The position numbers and the translations under genes are program-made. A model generated the notes under the pieces. The model made no database searches. It saw only the letters and a list, made by a program, of their open reading frames with translations, and was not told where the DNA came from. Below, piece by piece: positions 30,793-39,523 of a stretch of 64,000 bases of DNA (positions are counted from its first letter, which is position 1; each line of letters opens with the position of its first letter). Source of the stretch: a virus; the IMG/VR virus record IMGVR_UViG_3300027777_000034, positions 8,394 to 72,393 of that record; one strand, 5' to 3'.

Positions 30793-31572
30793 ATGTTTAA
30801 TAAATCATTGCTTTTTTTATTAGTTTTTTGCAATTTTACTTTTGCAGAAAATTTTGTAATTCCAGAACAAAAAATTGTTGGAGCAGAGGTTCCTATTCCA
30901 TTGGGTGAGCTTGTAGATTTGTCTATAAGCCCAATTCAATCTACGCCAAAGTTTTTAGTTTCAACTACATATTCATGGAAAGTTTTTGATGGTTACATAG
31001 AAAAAAGAATTCGCAATTATGAAAATGGTGTTTTCTTTGGTTCTGGTATACAAGCAAAAAAACTTAAGGTTATTGTTTCAATAACTCATTTATATGTAGT
31101 TAAAGACAATGAAAAACTTTTAGAGGCTGCTACTAGAACTAATTTTATTTCAACAGATGTTTTTATTGGCGAACAAGAGCCTGACACTCCACCAGAGCCA
31201 GAGATTGAACCAGAATTTGGAGAATCAAAGTATCAACTTTCTAAATTTATCTATGAAAATGTTAAGCTTTTAAAAATATCAAAATCAGATAAAGCAAAAC
31301 AATCTGCTGCTATTGCAACATCTTTTGATAGTATGGCTGCTGCTATTGCTGCCGGAACAATTTCAACACTTGAAGACATACTAAAAAAGACAGCAGAATC
31401 AAATAAATTAGCATTAACAAAATCTGGTGGGGATAGAACAAAATGGGAACCATTGTTTACAGAAATACAAGAAAAACTTTTTGACTTGTATAAAACTAAT
31501 AAGATGCAAACTAAAGAAGATTTTGCTATTGCGTGGAGAGAAATATCATCTGGACTTAAATTAATAAAATAG
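30793..31572 (+). CDS. Secreted two-domain protein
   Basis: Signal peptide ending TFA/E, beta-rich domain, 'EPDTPPEPEIEP' linker, helical C-domain. Confidence 0.6.
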   Translation: MFNKSLLFLLVFCNFTFAENFVIPEQKIVGAEVPIPLGELVDLSISPIQSTPKFLVSTTYSWKVFDGYIEKRIRNYENGVFFGSGIQAKKLKVIVSITHLYVVKDNEKLLEAATRTNFISTDVFIGEQEPDTPPEPEIEPEFGESKYQLSKFIYENVKLLKISKSDKAKQSAAIATSFDSMAAAIAAGTISTLEDILKKTAESNKLALTKSGGDRTKWEPLFTEIQEKLFDLYKTNKMQTKEDFAIAWREISSGLKLIK

Positions 31573-31579
31573 GTGAAAC

Positions 31580-32503
31580 ATGTCTGAATTATCAAAGCTT
31601 AATGGTTGGGCAGGAAAAGACAATCCTTCACTTGTTGAAAGTGAATTTAATTTAATTAAAGATGGTGGATCATTTAGAGACTTTAATGTTTATGGTAAAA
31701 GCCAAGACACTAAAGGCAAAAAAATGATGTTATATGAAGTTGTTCGTAAGGTTCTTGGTAAAGATACAGAAAATTATGAACAGCAGATTGGTGATTGTGT
31801 AAGTTTTGGTGCTAAAAATGCTGTTGAGTATTTAATGGCTACTGAAAAACTTATGAAAGGTGATCACGAAAAATTTGAATCTGTTTTTCCACCATATCTT
31901 TATGGAACAGGAAGAGTTTTAATTGGGCGTGGACAACTTCAAGGCGATGATGGTTCTCTTGGTAGTTGGATGGCAGATGCTGTTATTAAATATGGTGTTT
32001 TGCGTAGTGATTTTGATGGTGTTCCTAAATATGCTGGAGCCGTAGCTAAAAAATGGGGAGATAAACCAGGACCAGATAAAAAATTTATTGAAGAAGGAAC
32101 TAAGCACCCAGTAAAGTCGGCTGCTCAAATTAAAAGTTGGGATCAATTGGTTGAAGCTATTGTGAATGGATATCCTTGCACAACCGCTAGTGATGTAGGT
32201 TATGAAATGGAAGCAGAGTCTGATGGATTTCATAGCCAGACAGACAATTGGGGCCACCAAATGTGTTTTATAGGCGTTGATGATAGAGCTAAAGATCCAT
32301 ATGCAATCATTGTTAATAGTTGGGGCGATGCTCATGGTCATCTTAAAGATTTTGATACTGGCGAAAATCTACCCATAGGTGTTCTTAGAGTTAGAAAGAA
32401 AGATGCTGAAAAGCATATTCGGGCTGGAGAAACTTTTGCATATAGTAATTTTGATGGTTTTCCAGAACAGTTGATAGATAAAAAATTATTCATGCTTATT
32501 TAA
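31580..32503 (+). CDS. Papain-like (C1-type) cysteine protease
   Basis: 'QQIGDCVSFG' (oxyanion Gln, catalytic Cys), 'WGHQMCFIG', 'IVNSWG'. Confidence 0.8.
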   Translation: MSELSKLNGWAGKDNPSLVESEFNLIKDGGSFRDFNVYGKSQDTKGKKMMLYEVVRKVLGKDTENYEQQIGDCVSFGAKNAVEYLMATEKLMKGDHEKFESVFPPYLYGTGRVLIGRGQLQGDDGSLGSWMADAVIKYGVLRSDFDGVPKYAGAVAKKWGDKPGPDKKFIEEGTKHPVKSAAQIKSWDQLVEAIVNGYPCTTASDVGYEMEAESDGFHSQTDNWGHQMCFIGVDDRAKDPYAIIVNSWGDAHGHLKDFDTGENLPIGVLRVRKKDAEKHIRAGETFAYSNFDGFPEQLIDKKLFMLI

Positions 32504-32514
32504 GGAAATTTTAT

Positions 32515-33138
32515 ATGATAGATAGATCTGAAGGTTTGCAATATGGTAAACCAGACAAAAATGACCCAAGGAAAACTCCAGCAAAACCAGAAGATCAAAA
32601 AAAGGGTTCTAAAAAAAACCCAAAAGACTCTGCAAATAAGCCAAATAAAAGCACAAAAAAATCTTCGGCAGCTTACTTAAACGAAGAAGTTGATTATTCT
32701 GAGTTTTTAAATTCTATTAAAGATATAATTGTAAAAAGCAAAGAAAAAAGTAAGGCTTTTTTAGATATTAAAAAATATTTTACTAAATCTGCTGAAAGTT
32801 ATGATGCACCAGAATCTGCCAGAAATAACGCAAGAAAAGTTTTAGAATGGAAAGATAAATATGGAAAAGAATGTAAAGGTATGACCGCTGTAGGTTGGGC
32901 CAGAGCTAGAGACTTGGCTGGAAATGCTATGTTATCTGCTGACACAGTAAAAAGAATGGCTCAATTTAATAGACATGGATCTAATTACGAAAAAGCAAAA
33001 TCTAAACCAGAATATAAAACTAAACCTTGGAGTATTCCAGCGGTGGTTGCATGGTTGGGTTGGGGTGGTACATCTGGTATTGAATGGGCAATAAGAACAA
33101 GTCAATCTATTATAAATAATAAAAACAGCAAAAGATAA
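32515..33138 (+). CDS. Putative virion/head-associated protein
   Basis: Basic N-terminus; 'GMTAVGWARARDLA...LSADTVKRM...RH...AWLGWGG..G.EWA' recalled from phage head-module proteins. Confidence 0.5.
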   Translation: MIDRSEGLQYGKPDKNDPRKTPAKPEDQKKGSKKNPKDSANKPNKSTKKSSAAYLNEEVDYSEFLNSIKDIIVKSKEKSKAFLDIKKYFTKSAESYDAPESARNNARKVLEWKDKYGKECKGMTAVGWARARDLAGNAMLSADTVKRMAQFNRHGSNYEKAKSKPEYKTKPWSIPAVVAWLGWGGTSGIEWAIRTSQSIINNKNSKR

Positions 33139-33146
33139 ATATTTTT

Positions 33147-34103
33147 ATGAATAAGATTTTAAATTTCAATAAGTCTAATAATGTTCAAATGTTATTTGAT
33201 GGCAAATGGCATGAAACAACCGATTCATTTTCTTGCACAAAAATGGATAGGACTGAAGATATTAAATTTTCTCCAAGTGGAAAAAAGCTGGCAATAGCAT
33301 CATACACATTGGGTTCAATTTTTATTTTTGATATTTATATTGATGGAAACAACATATCAGTATCAGATTATTATGAAGTAAAATGTAACGACTATAAAAG
33401 TTTTCATGGCGTAGATTGGATAAATGAAAATGTTATTATTATTAGTTCAAGATCTAGTTTTTTGTGCCCTATCGTAAAATTACCATTAAAAAATCCAAAT
33501 CGTATTATTAAATTAAAGCCTGTTAAAATAATAGAAAATTATATGACTGGATCAAGTGCGGTAAAAGTTTTAAATTTAGATGATAACTTAGTAGAATTGT
33601 TTTTTTCTAGCAGTTCTTTAAATATAGTATCTAAACACATATTAAATAAAAATACTTTTGAAATAATTGAAGAAAATATAATTTTAGAAAAACTAAGTTG
33701 CCCTGATGCAATAAATATTAGCAATGATAAAAAATGGATAGCTATTAGTAATCACAATAAAAGCAATGTTCTTATTTATAAAAATGAAAACATTAATAAA
33801 AATAGTGTTCCAAGTGCAATTTTAAGATCTGAAAATTTAATATTTCCTCATGGTTTGTGCTTTTACAACAATAGTTTATTTTTAACAGATGCTGGTAGCA
33901 ATAACATTTTTGTTTTTAAAAACATTAATGGTGATTGGTGTGGAGATATTAATGCTGAATTTAGCATAGAGCCAATGAGCATTGAAGATTACAATATTTC
34001 AAAAATAAACCCTAAAGAGGGCGGTGCTAAAGGATTAGACATTTTTGGAAACATATTGGCTATCACTAGCGGTAATTGTCCATTAACCTTTTTTAGTTTA
34101 TAA
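33147..34103 (+). CDS. Beta-propeller protein
   Basis: Repeated blades 'EDIKFSPSGKKLAIA', 'PDAINISNDKKWIAIS', 'PHGLCFY...LTDAG'. Confidence 0.65.
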   Translation: MNKILNFNKSNNVQMLFDGKWHETTDSFSCTKMDRTEDIKFSPSGKKLAIASYTLGSIFIFDIYIDGNNISVSDYYEVKCNDYKSFHGVDWINENVIIISSRSSFLCPIVKLPLKNPNRIIKLKPVKIIENYMTGSSAVKVLNLDDNLVELFFSSSSLNIVSKHILNKNTFEIIEENIILEKLSCPDAINISNDKKWIAISNHNKSNVLIYKNENINKNSVPSAILRSENLIFPHGLCFYNNSLFLTDAGSNNIFVFKNINGDWCGDINAEFSIEPMSIEDYNISKINPKEGGAKGLDIFGNILAITSGNCPLTFFSL

Positions 34104-34113
34104 AAAATAAATT

Positions 34114-34299
34114 ATGTTAAGCTTAATACTTTTTTTGTTGTTTGATCAAACTATAAGCAAAGAACAATTTGTGCTAATAGAGAAAGATTCTATTTCATTT
34201 TCTAAGCTTATAAATCAATTACCAAAATCAAAAGTGTTCTTACCAGTAATCATAAATGCAAATCAAGAAGAATGTTTTACTTGACGGAGAAGAAAATAA
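34114..34299 (+). CDS. Small secreted protein, candidate selenoprotein (C-terminal CxxU); ends at 34284 if TGA is a plain stop
   Basis: MLSLILFLLFDQ...NQEECFT-TGA-RRRK-TAA; SECIS-like ATGC-GGTC-GCAT with the loop at +19 from TGA. Confidence 0.5.
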
Positions 34300-34646
34300 T
34301 GCGGTCGCATAATAAAATAGAATTAATTTTACAAAAATCAGAAAAAATAAAACATTATGATGCTATTGGAATCATAACTATTATTATGTTGGTCGGATTT
34401 ATAGTTGATGGAATTACAATACTTAAATTTTGCACTTCTAAAAAAGGTGTTGCTTTAATAATTAAAAATGGTGGTCCTTTAGTAAGAATGTTTATAAGAA
34501 GAAATTTATACAACAAAATAATTAAAGCAAATGTTTCAGCAGAACACGCTAAGATTATATCTGATACAATAGTCGAATTGATGCAATCTTTGTCTGTTGA
34601 TGAAATAGTTTCACTTTTGGATATGGTTTATAATGAGAATAGTTAA
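34299..34646 (+). CDS. Membrane protein
   Basis: Transmembrane segment 'AIGIITIIMLVGFIVDGITIL'; GGAG RBS before ATG 34299. Confidence 0.6.
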   Translation: MRSHNKIELILQKSEKIKHYDAIGIITIIMLVGFIVDGITILKFCTSKKGVALIIKNGGPLVRMFIRRNLYNKIIKANVSAEHAKIISDTIVELMQSLSVDEIVSLLDMVYNENS

Positions 34647-35523
34647 AGCTACATATGGTCCAAAAGATGTAACAGAGCATATGCAAAATTGTTTTAAAAA
34701 TGAAAAAATAAATATTTGTGTTTCTAATGATATTTTTGGTGATACAAATCACGGTTTTTTAAAAAAACTAATTGTTGAATTTGATGATGGATCTAAATTA
34801 GAAACAAATGAAAATGAACTTTTAATTTATCCAAAAATATTAAGTGAAAGAATTGGAATTTTTTACACAAACAATGATGATAAAAGAAAAGAAAAAGCAC
34901 TTCATGCTAGTTTAGAAAGTTTAAAAATTGCATCAAAAGAAATGAATAATATAATTACATGCGTATGGAACAAAATACCAAACAATCCCTTTTGTGAAAT
35001 AGTTTCTCAAGTTAAAAACAGCAATCATTTAAATCAAATTTTGCAAATTTTACAATTGCTTTATTTTTTAAGAAGAAATGCAAAAAATATAAAATACATA
35101 AGTTTTTTAGAGCATGACTGCCTTTATCCAGAAAATTATTTTGAATATGATGATTTTGAATGTGATTCTATTTCAAACACTAATTATATAGGATTATGTT
35201 CTTTTGGTTGGCAACCTAATCATGGTGCAGTAAGACCAACATCTCAGGTAACTATGAAATTTGATAGTGCTATTAAACATTTTGAAAACATATTTCCAAA
35301 TGCGTTATTGGAAAATAGTGGCAGTTTAGAGCCTTGGTATTCAAAAGCACAAAGTTTTAAATATATCAATTGGAAAAACAAAGACTGGGTTTGTAAAAAC
35401 CCTTCTGTTCATATAAATCATGGTTATGCATTTACATCACATTTTGAAACTTTTGAAAAAATATTTTCTGAATCAAATGAATATTGGGGAGATTTTTCAG
35501 AATACGCTTATCTTTTTTCTTAA
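34633..35523 (+). CDS. Lectin-like N-domain plus GT-A-like domain
   Basis: 'IVKATYG..DVT...VSNDIFGD...G..KKL.V' then 'FLEHDCLYP'. Confidence 0.5.
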   Translation: MRIVKATYGPKDVTEHMQNCFKNEKINICVSNDIFGDTNHGFLKKLIVEFDDGSKLETNENELLIYPKILSERIGIFYTNNDDKRKEKALHASLESLKIASKEMNNIITCVWNKIPNNPFCEIVSQVKNSNHLNQILQILQLLYFLRRNAKNIKYISFLEHDCLYPENYFEYDDFECDSISNTNYIGLCSFGWQPNHGAVRPTSQVTMKFDSAIKHFENIFPNALLENSGSLEPWYSKAQSFKYINWKNKDWVCKNPSVHINHGYAFTSHFETFEKIFSESNEYWGDFSEYAYLFS

Positions 35524-35618
35524 TTTTTCTACAAAAAACATTTGATTAAAAAGCACAAAATAGTCTTGCTACAATAAAAAAAATAAGTAAGATTTTGATC
35601 TGTCTTACCTACAATCAT

Positions 35619-35710
35619 GGGTGTATTTATTTCCGCTGGTAATCGCCAGTATTACATTCCTTTAAAGTTCCGCTTATCCTTGCGATAGCAGGGCAGATGG
35701 AGTTTTTTTT
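35619..35710 (+). promoter_or_regulatory. Structured leader of the ribonucleotide reductase gene
   Basis: GTGTAT motif, hairpin 35635-35650, second hairpin 35668-35702 pairing the GGAG RBS, followed by T8. Confidence 0.45.
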
Positions 35711-38002
35711 ATGTCTATTAAAGAATTGCAAAAATATACTGCTGTTTCTAAGTATGCTAGATGGATTGAATCTGAAAAAAGAAGAGAAACTTGGGATGAA
35801 ACTGTAGAAAGAATCAAAAGTATGATGATAGAAGTTCATCCTTCTTTGCGTGAAGATATTGAAAAATATTATGGAATGATTAAAGATCAAAAAATATTAG
35901 GTTCACAAAGAGCTTTACAATTTGGTGGAAAACCAATTCTAAAACATAATGCAAGAATATTTAATTGTTCTGCAAGTTATTGCGACAGATTGCGGTTTTT
36001 TCAAGAGTGTTTTTATTTATTACTTTGTGGATCTGGAACTGGGTTTAGTGTACAAAAACATCATGTTGAATTATTACCAAAATTTTCATCAGCTAGATTA
36101 AATTCAGAAACATGTTGTTATGAACATCATATTTATAGAGTTGAAGATTCAATTGAAGGTTGGTCAAATGCTTTAGGTGTTCTTCTTTCTTCATATTTTG
36201 AAACTCCTATAAAAGAATTTAAAAGATATAAAGATGTTGCAGTTGGATTTAGCTATGAGGATATAAGGGAAAAAGGTGCTCCTTTAAGTTGTGGCATAGG
36301 TAATGCCCCAGGTTATCAACCATTAGAAAAAGCTTTAGAAAAAACTAGGGAATTGCTGGATAGATGTATTGCAAATGGGCAAACAGAATTAAGAACAATA
36401 GATGCATTTGATATAGTTATGTTTGCTGCTGATGCAGTTATTTCTGGCGGTGTTCGTAGATCTGCAACCATAGCCTTATTCTCTGCTGATGACGAATTAA
36501 TGATTAATGCAAAAACTGGCGATTGGTACTTTACTAATCCACAAAGAGCTAGGGCAAATATCTCTGCATTACTTCATAGAAAACACACCAACAAAAAAGT
36601 CTTTGAAAATCTCTTTAAGGCAACAAAAGAGTTTGGAGAGCCAGGATTTTTCTTTGCTGATTTTTACGATGTCTTATGCAATCCATGTTGTGAAATATCA
36701 TGGATAACTAGGTATTTCTACAAGAAGGGTAGTCCAGAACTGGCTGAAGCTTTGTCATTATATGAAGGACCAATAACAACAAAAGAGTCATGCAAAGATG
36801 ACATGCCAGAAGATGAGGTCGGTCTTTCTGGTTGGGGATTCTGTAATTTATCAACAATTAACGGAAAAACAGTTAAATCAGAACAAGACTTTTATGAAAG
36901 ATGTGCTGCTGCTGCCTTTATTGGTACATTACAAGCATCTTTTACCAATTTTCCATACTTGGGTCATGTTACAGAACTTATTACTCGTAAAGAGGCATTA
37001 TTGGGCGTTTCAATTAATGGTATGCAACATCATCCTAAAATACTATTAGACCCAATGATTCAACAAAATGGGGCAAAAATAGTTAAAGACACAAACAAAA
37101 AGTACGCAGAAATATTAAACATAAGTCCTGCTGCAAGAACGACTTGTGTAAAACCAGAGGGCAATTCTGCTGCTTTGTTAGGGTCTGCTTCTGGCATTCA
37201 TCCAGATCATTCTAAAAGGTATTTTCGTATTGTTCAAGCTAATCAAATGGAATCTCCATATCAGCACTTTAAAAGCATTAATCCTCAAGCATGTGAAGAG
37301 TCAGTATGGTCATCAAATAAAACAGATGATTGCATACGATTTTGTGTGCAAAGTCAATATGGAACAGTACTTAAGGAAAGCATAGATGCTATATCTATGC
37401 TTGATGATGTTTTATCAACCTATAAAAATTGGGTTGTTGCTGGAAAAAATGAACATCTTTGTGTTAGAAAAGAGTTAAATCACAATGTATCTAATACAAT
37501 ACATGTAAAAGATAATGAATGGGATAAGGTAAAAGAATACATTTTTAATCATCGTGCAGAACTTGCTGGAATATCTCTTATAGCTTCAACTGGCGATAAA
37601 GATTATAACCAAGCTCCATTCACAGCAGTTTATTCAATTGAAGAACAAATAACAAATTGGGGTTTTGAAGCTACATCTAAAGCTTATGAAATTTATCCAA
37701 AATTTTCTGAATATAATTTTAATTCTTTGTGGGATGCATGTTCATGTGTTCTTGGTTATTTTGAACCAAAAGACGATAAACAACAATCTTGGAAAATTAC
37801 GATAAAAAAATATGCAGATGAACATTTTTCTTCTGATATTAAATATGCTACTTATGCACTTAAAGATGCTTACAATTTAGATTTATGGAATAAGTTAATA
37901 AACAATTATTCTGATGTAAACTATTTAAATGCTGTTGAAAATAATTCTACAATAGACATTCAAGGAGAACTTGCTTGTGCTGGTGGAGCTTGTTTAATAT
38001 AA
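35711..38002 (+). CDS. nrdJ: Class II (adenosylcobalamin-dependent) ribonucleotide reductase
   Basis: 'FNC', 'GGVRRSA', 'NPCCEI', 'FCNL', 'TCVKPEG', C-terminal 'CAGGAC'; no beta subunit nearby. Confidence 0.85.
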   Translation: MSIKELQKYTAVSKYARWIESEKRRETWDETVERIKSMMIEVHPSLREDIEKYYGMIKDQKILGSQRALQFGGKPILKHNARIFNCSASYCDRLRFFQECFYLLLCGSGTGFSVQKHHVELLPKFSSARLNSETCCYEHHIYRVEDSIEGWSNALGVLLSSYFETPIKEFKRYKDVAVGFSYEDIREKGAPLSCGIGNAPGYQPLEKALEKTRELLDRCIANGQTELRTIDAFDIVMFAADAVISGGVRRSATIALFSADDELMINAKTGDWYFTNPQRARANISALLHRKHTNKKVFENLFKATKEFGEPGFFFADFYDVLCNPCCEISWITRYFYKKGSPELAEALSLYEGPITTKESCKDDMPEDEVGLSGWGFCNLSTINGKTVKSEQDFYERCAAAAFIGTLQASFTNFPYLGHVTELITRKEALLGVSINGMQHHPKILLDPMIQQNGAKIVKDTNKKYAEILNISPAARTTCVKPEGNSAALLGSASGIHPDHSKRYFRIVQANQMESPYQHFKSINPQACEESVWSSNKTDDCIRFCVQSQYGTVLKESIDAISMLDDVLSTYKNWVVAGKNEHLCVRKELNHNVSNTIHVKDNEWDKVKEYIFNHRAELAGISLIASTGDKDYNQAPFTAVYSIEEQITNWGFEATSKAYEIYPKFSEYNFNSLWDACSCVLGYFEPKDDKQQSWKITIKKYADEHFSSDIKYATYALKDAYNLDLWNKLINNYSDVNYLNAVENNSTIDIQGELACAGGACLI

Positions 38003-38059
38003 TGTCAAAAAGAATTACAAAAATTTTAAAAACTAAAAAAACAAGATTGGTGAAAAAAA

Positions 38060-38923
38060 ATGCCCAAAAAAGGAAAAGTAAAAGGCATAGGTTCCCCTTT
38101 TAATCTTAACTTTTCAAGTTGTTCAAATAATAAACCAAAGTTTTTTGATTGGTCTAATGAAGATTCCGATTTTTCTGTTCTTATGGATTATTCAATTCTT
38201 GATTGTTATAAATATCCAAAGATTAAAAATATTCCTAAATTTGGATGGTTATGTGAATCAATAACAATATTTCAAAATTTGTATGACAAAATAAAATACG
38301 ATTATAAAAAAATATTTAATGACATAGATTACATATTTACTTCTGATGAATACTTACTTTCTTTAGATTCAAGATTTAAGTTTTGTTATTCATGCAGCAA
38401 TATTCCTTGGTCAAAAAAAGAAAATTGGAACATTTATAAAAAAACAAAAAAATGTTCAATGATATGTTCAAATAAATTAAGTTGCAATCTTCATCTTCTT
38501 AGACAAAATATTGCAAAAAATAATATTGAAAAATTTGATTTATTTGGAGGTTTTTTAAATTCTCCTTACACTGGTGAAAAATTTAATGATTTTTATAATA
38601 AAGATAATGCTTTAAAAGATTACATGTTTACAGTTGTTATTCAAAACAATGATCAACCTTATTTTTTTGCTGAAATGTTAACAGATTGTTTTTCATTTGG
38701 AACAATACCTATTTATTTAGGTAATCCTAAAATAGACTTGTTTTTTGATTTAAATGGAATAATATCTATAAGTTCAAAAGAAGATCTTGATAAGATTGTT
38801 CTTAGCGAAGAATTATATTTGTCTAAGCTTGATAGTATAAAAAATAATCTTGAAAAATTGTATACTATGGAAATGAGCGATGATTATCTTTATCAACAAT
38901 GTTTAAATCTTATGGAGGTTTAA
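38060..38923 (+). CDS. GT10-like (fucosyltransferase-like) glycosyltransferase
   Basis: 'CSMICSNK', 'KDYMFTVVIQN...FAEMLTDCF..GTIPIYLG'. Confidence 0.7.
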   Translation: MPKKGKVKGIGSPFNLNFSSCSNNKPKFFDWSNEDSDFSVLMDYSILDCYKYPKIKNIPKFGWLCESITIFQNLYDKIKYDYKKIFNDIDYIFTSDEYLLSLDSRFKFCYSCSNIPWSKKENWNIYKKTKKCSMICSNKLSCNLHLLRQNIAKNNIEKFDLFGGFLNSPYTGEKFNDFYNKDNALKDYMFTVVIQNNDQPYFFAEMLTDCFSFGTIPIYLGNPKIDLFFDLNGIISISSKEDLDKIVLSEELYLSKLDSIKNNLEKLYTMEMSDDYLYQQCLNLMEV

Positions 38924-38924
38924 T

Positions 38925-39161
38925 ATGTCTTTATTTAATATTGGTGATATAGTTGCTTTAAAATCTGGTGGAATGCCAATGACAGTTGTGGCTTTTGGTG
39001 AAGAAACAAAAGAGGTTTTAGTTGTTTATTTTGATTTAGATGCTAATGTTATGCGAGATGGTTTTCCAGCAGAGGCTTTAGAATTTACAGAAAACAGATG
39101 GAAAATGAAATATTGTGTTGATATAAACGAAGAAGATTATACAGATGATGAGGAATTTTAA
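38925..39161 (+). CDS. DUF2158/YodC-like small protein
   Basis: 'FNIGDIVALKSGGMPMTV...F..EAL'. Confidence 0.75.
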   Translation: MSLFNIGDIVALKSGGMPMTVVAFGEETKEVLVVYFDLDANVMRDGFPAEALEFTENRWKMKYCVDINEEDYTDDEEF

Positions 39162-39523
39162 TGCCATACTATGAATTTTTATGTGAGTCATGCGAATACA
39201 ATTTTGAAATTAAACTTTCTTTTTCTGAAAGTCATCCTAAAGATTGTCCAAAATGTAAAAAAGCAAAATTAAATCAAGTTTATGATGGAAATACTATTGT
39301 CTGCATGAAAGGTGGCGATACAATAGGCCAAGTAGGGGAAGCTAATTACAAAAAATCTGGTGGTAAAATTAAAGAACATATGGCCAAAAAACAAGAGTTG
39401 CAAGATTCAAAATTACCTTGGTGGAGATCTGGAAAAGTTAATGGATTAAGTAAAAAGGATAAACCTTTAAACTTATCTAAAATAAAAGATGTTAAAAATT
39501 ACATAGAAACAGGAGAAGAATAA
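39161..39523 (+). CDS. FmdB-family zinc-ribbon protein
   Basis: 'MPYYEFLCESCEYNFE...CPKC'. Confidence 0.8.
   Translation: MPYYEFLCESCEYNFEIKLSFSESHPKDCPKCKKAKLNQVYDGNTIVCMKGGDTIGQVGEANYKKSGGKIKEHMAKKQELQDSKLPWWRSGKVNGLSKKDKPLNLSKIKDVKNYIETGEE

Noticed and set aside
31251-32341. Antisense ORFs over the secreted protein and protease genes, and similar minus-strand ORFs elsewhere
   Set aside because: Shadow frames of well-supported + strand genes, with no motifs or RBS.
35619-35710. Cobalamin riboswitch or NrdR box upstream of nrdJ
   Set aside because: Too short and lacking B12-box consensus; no NrdR palindrome recognised.
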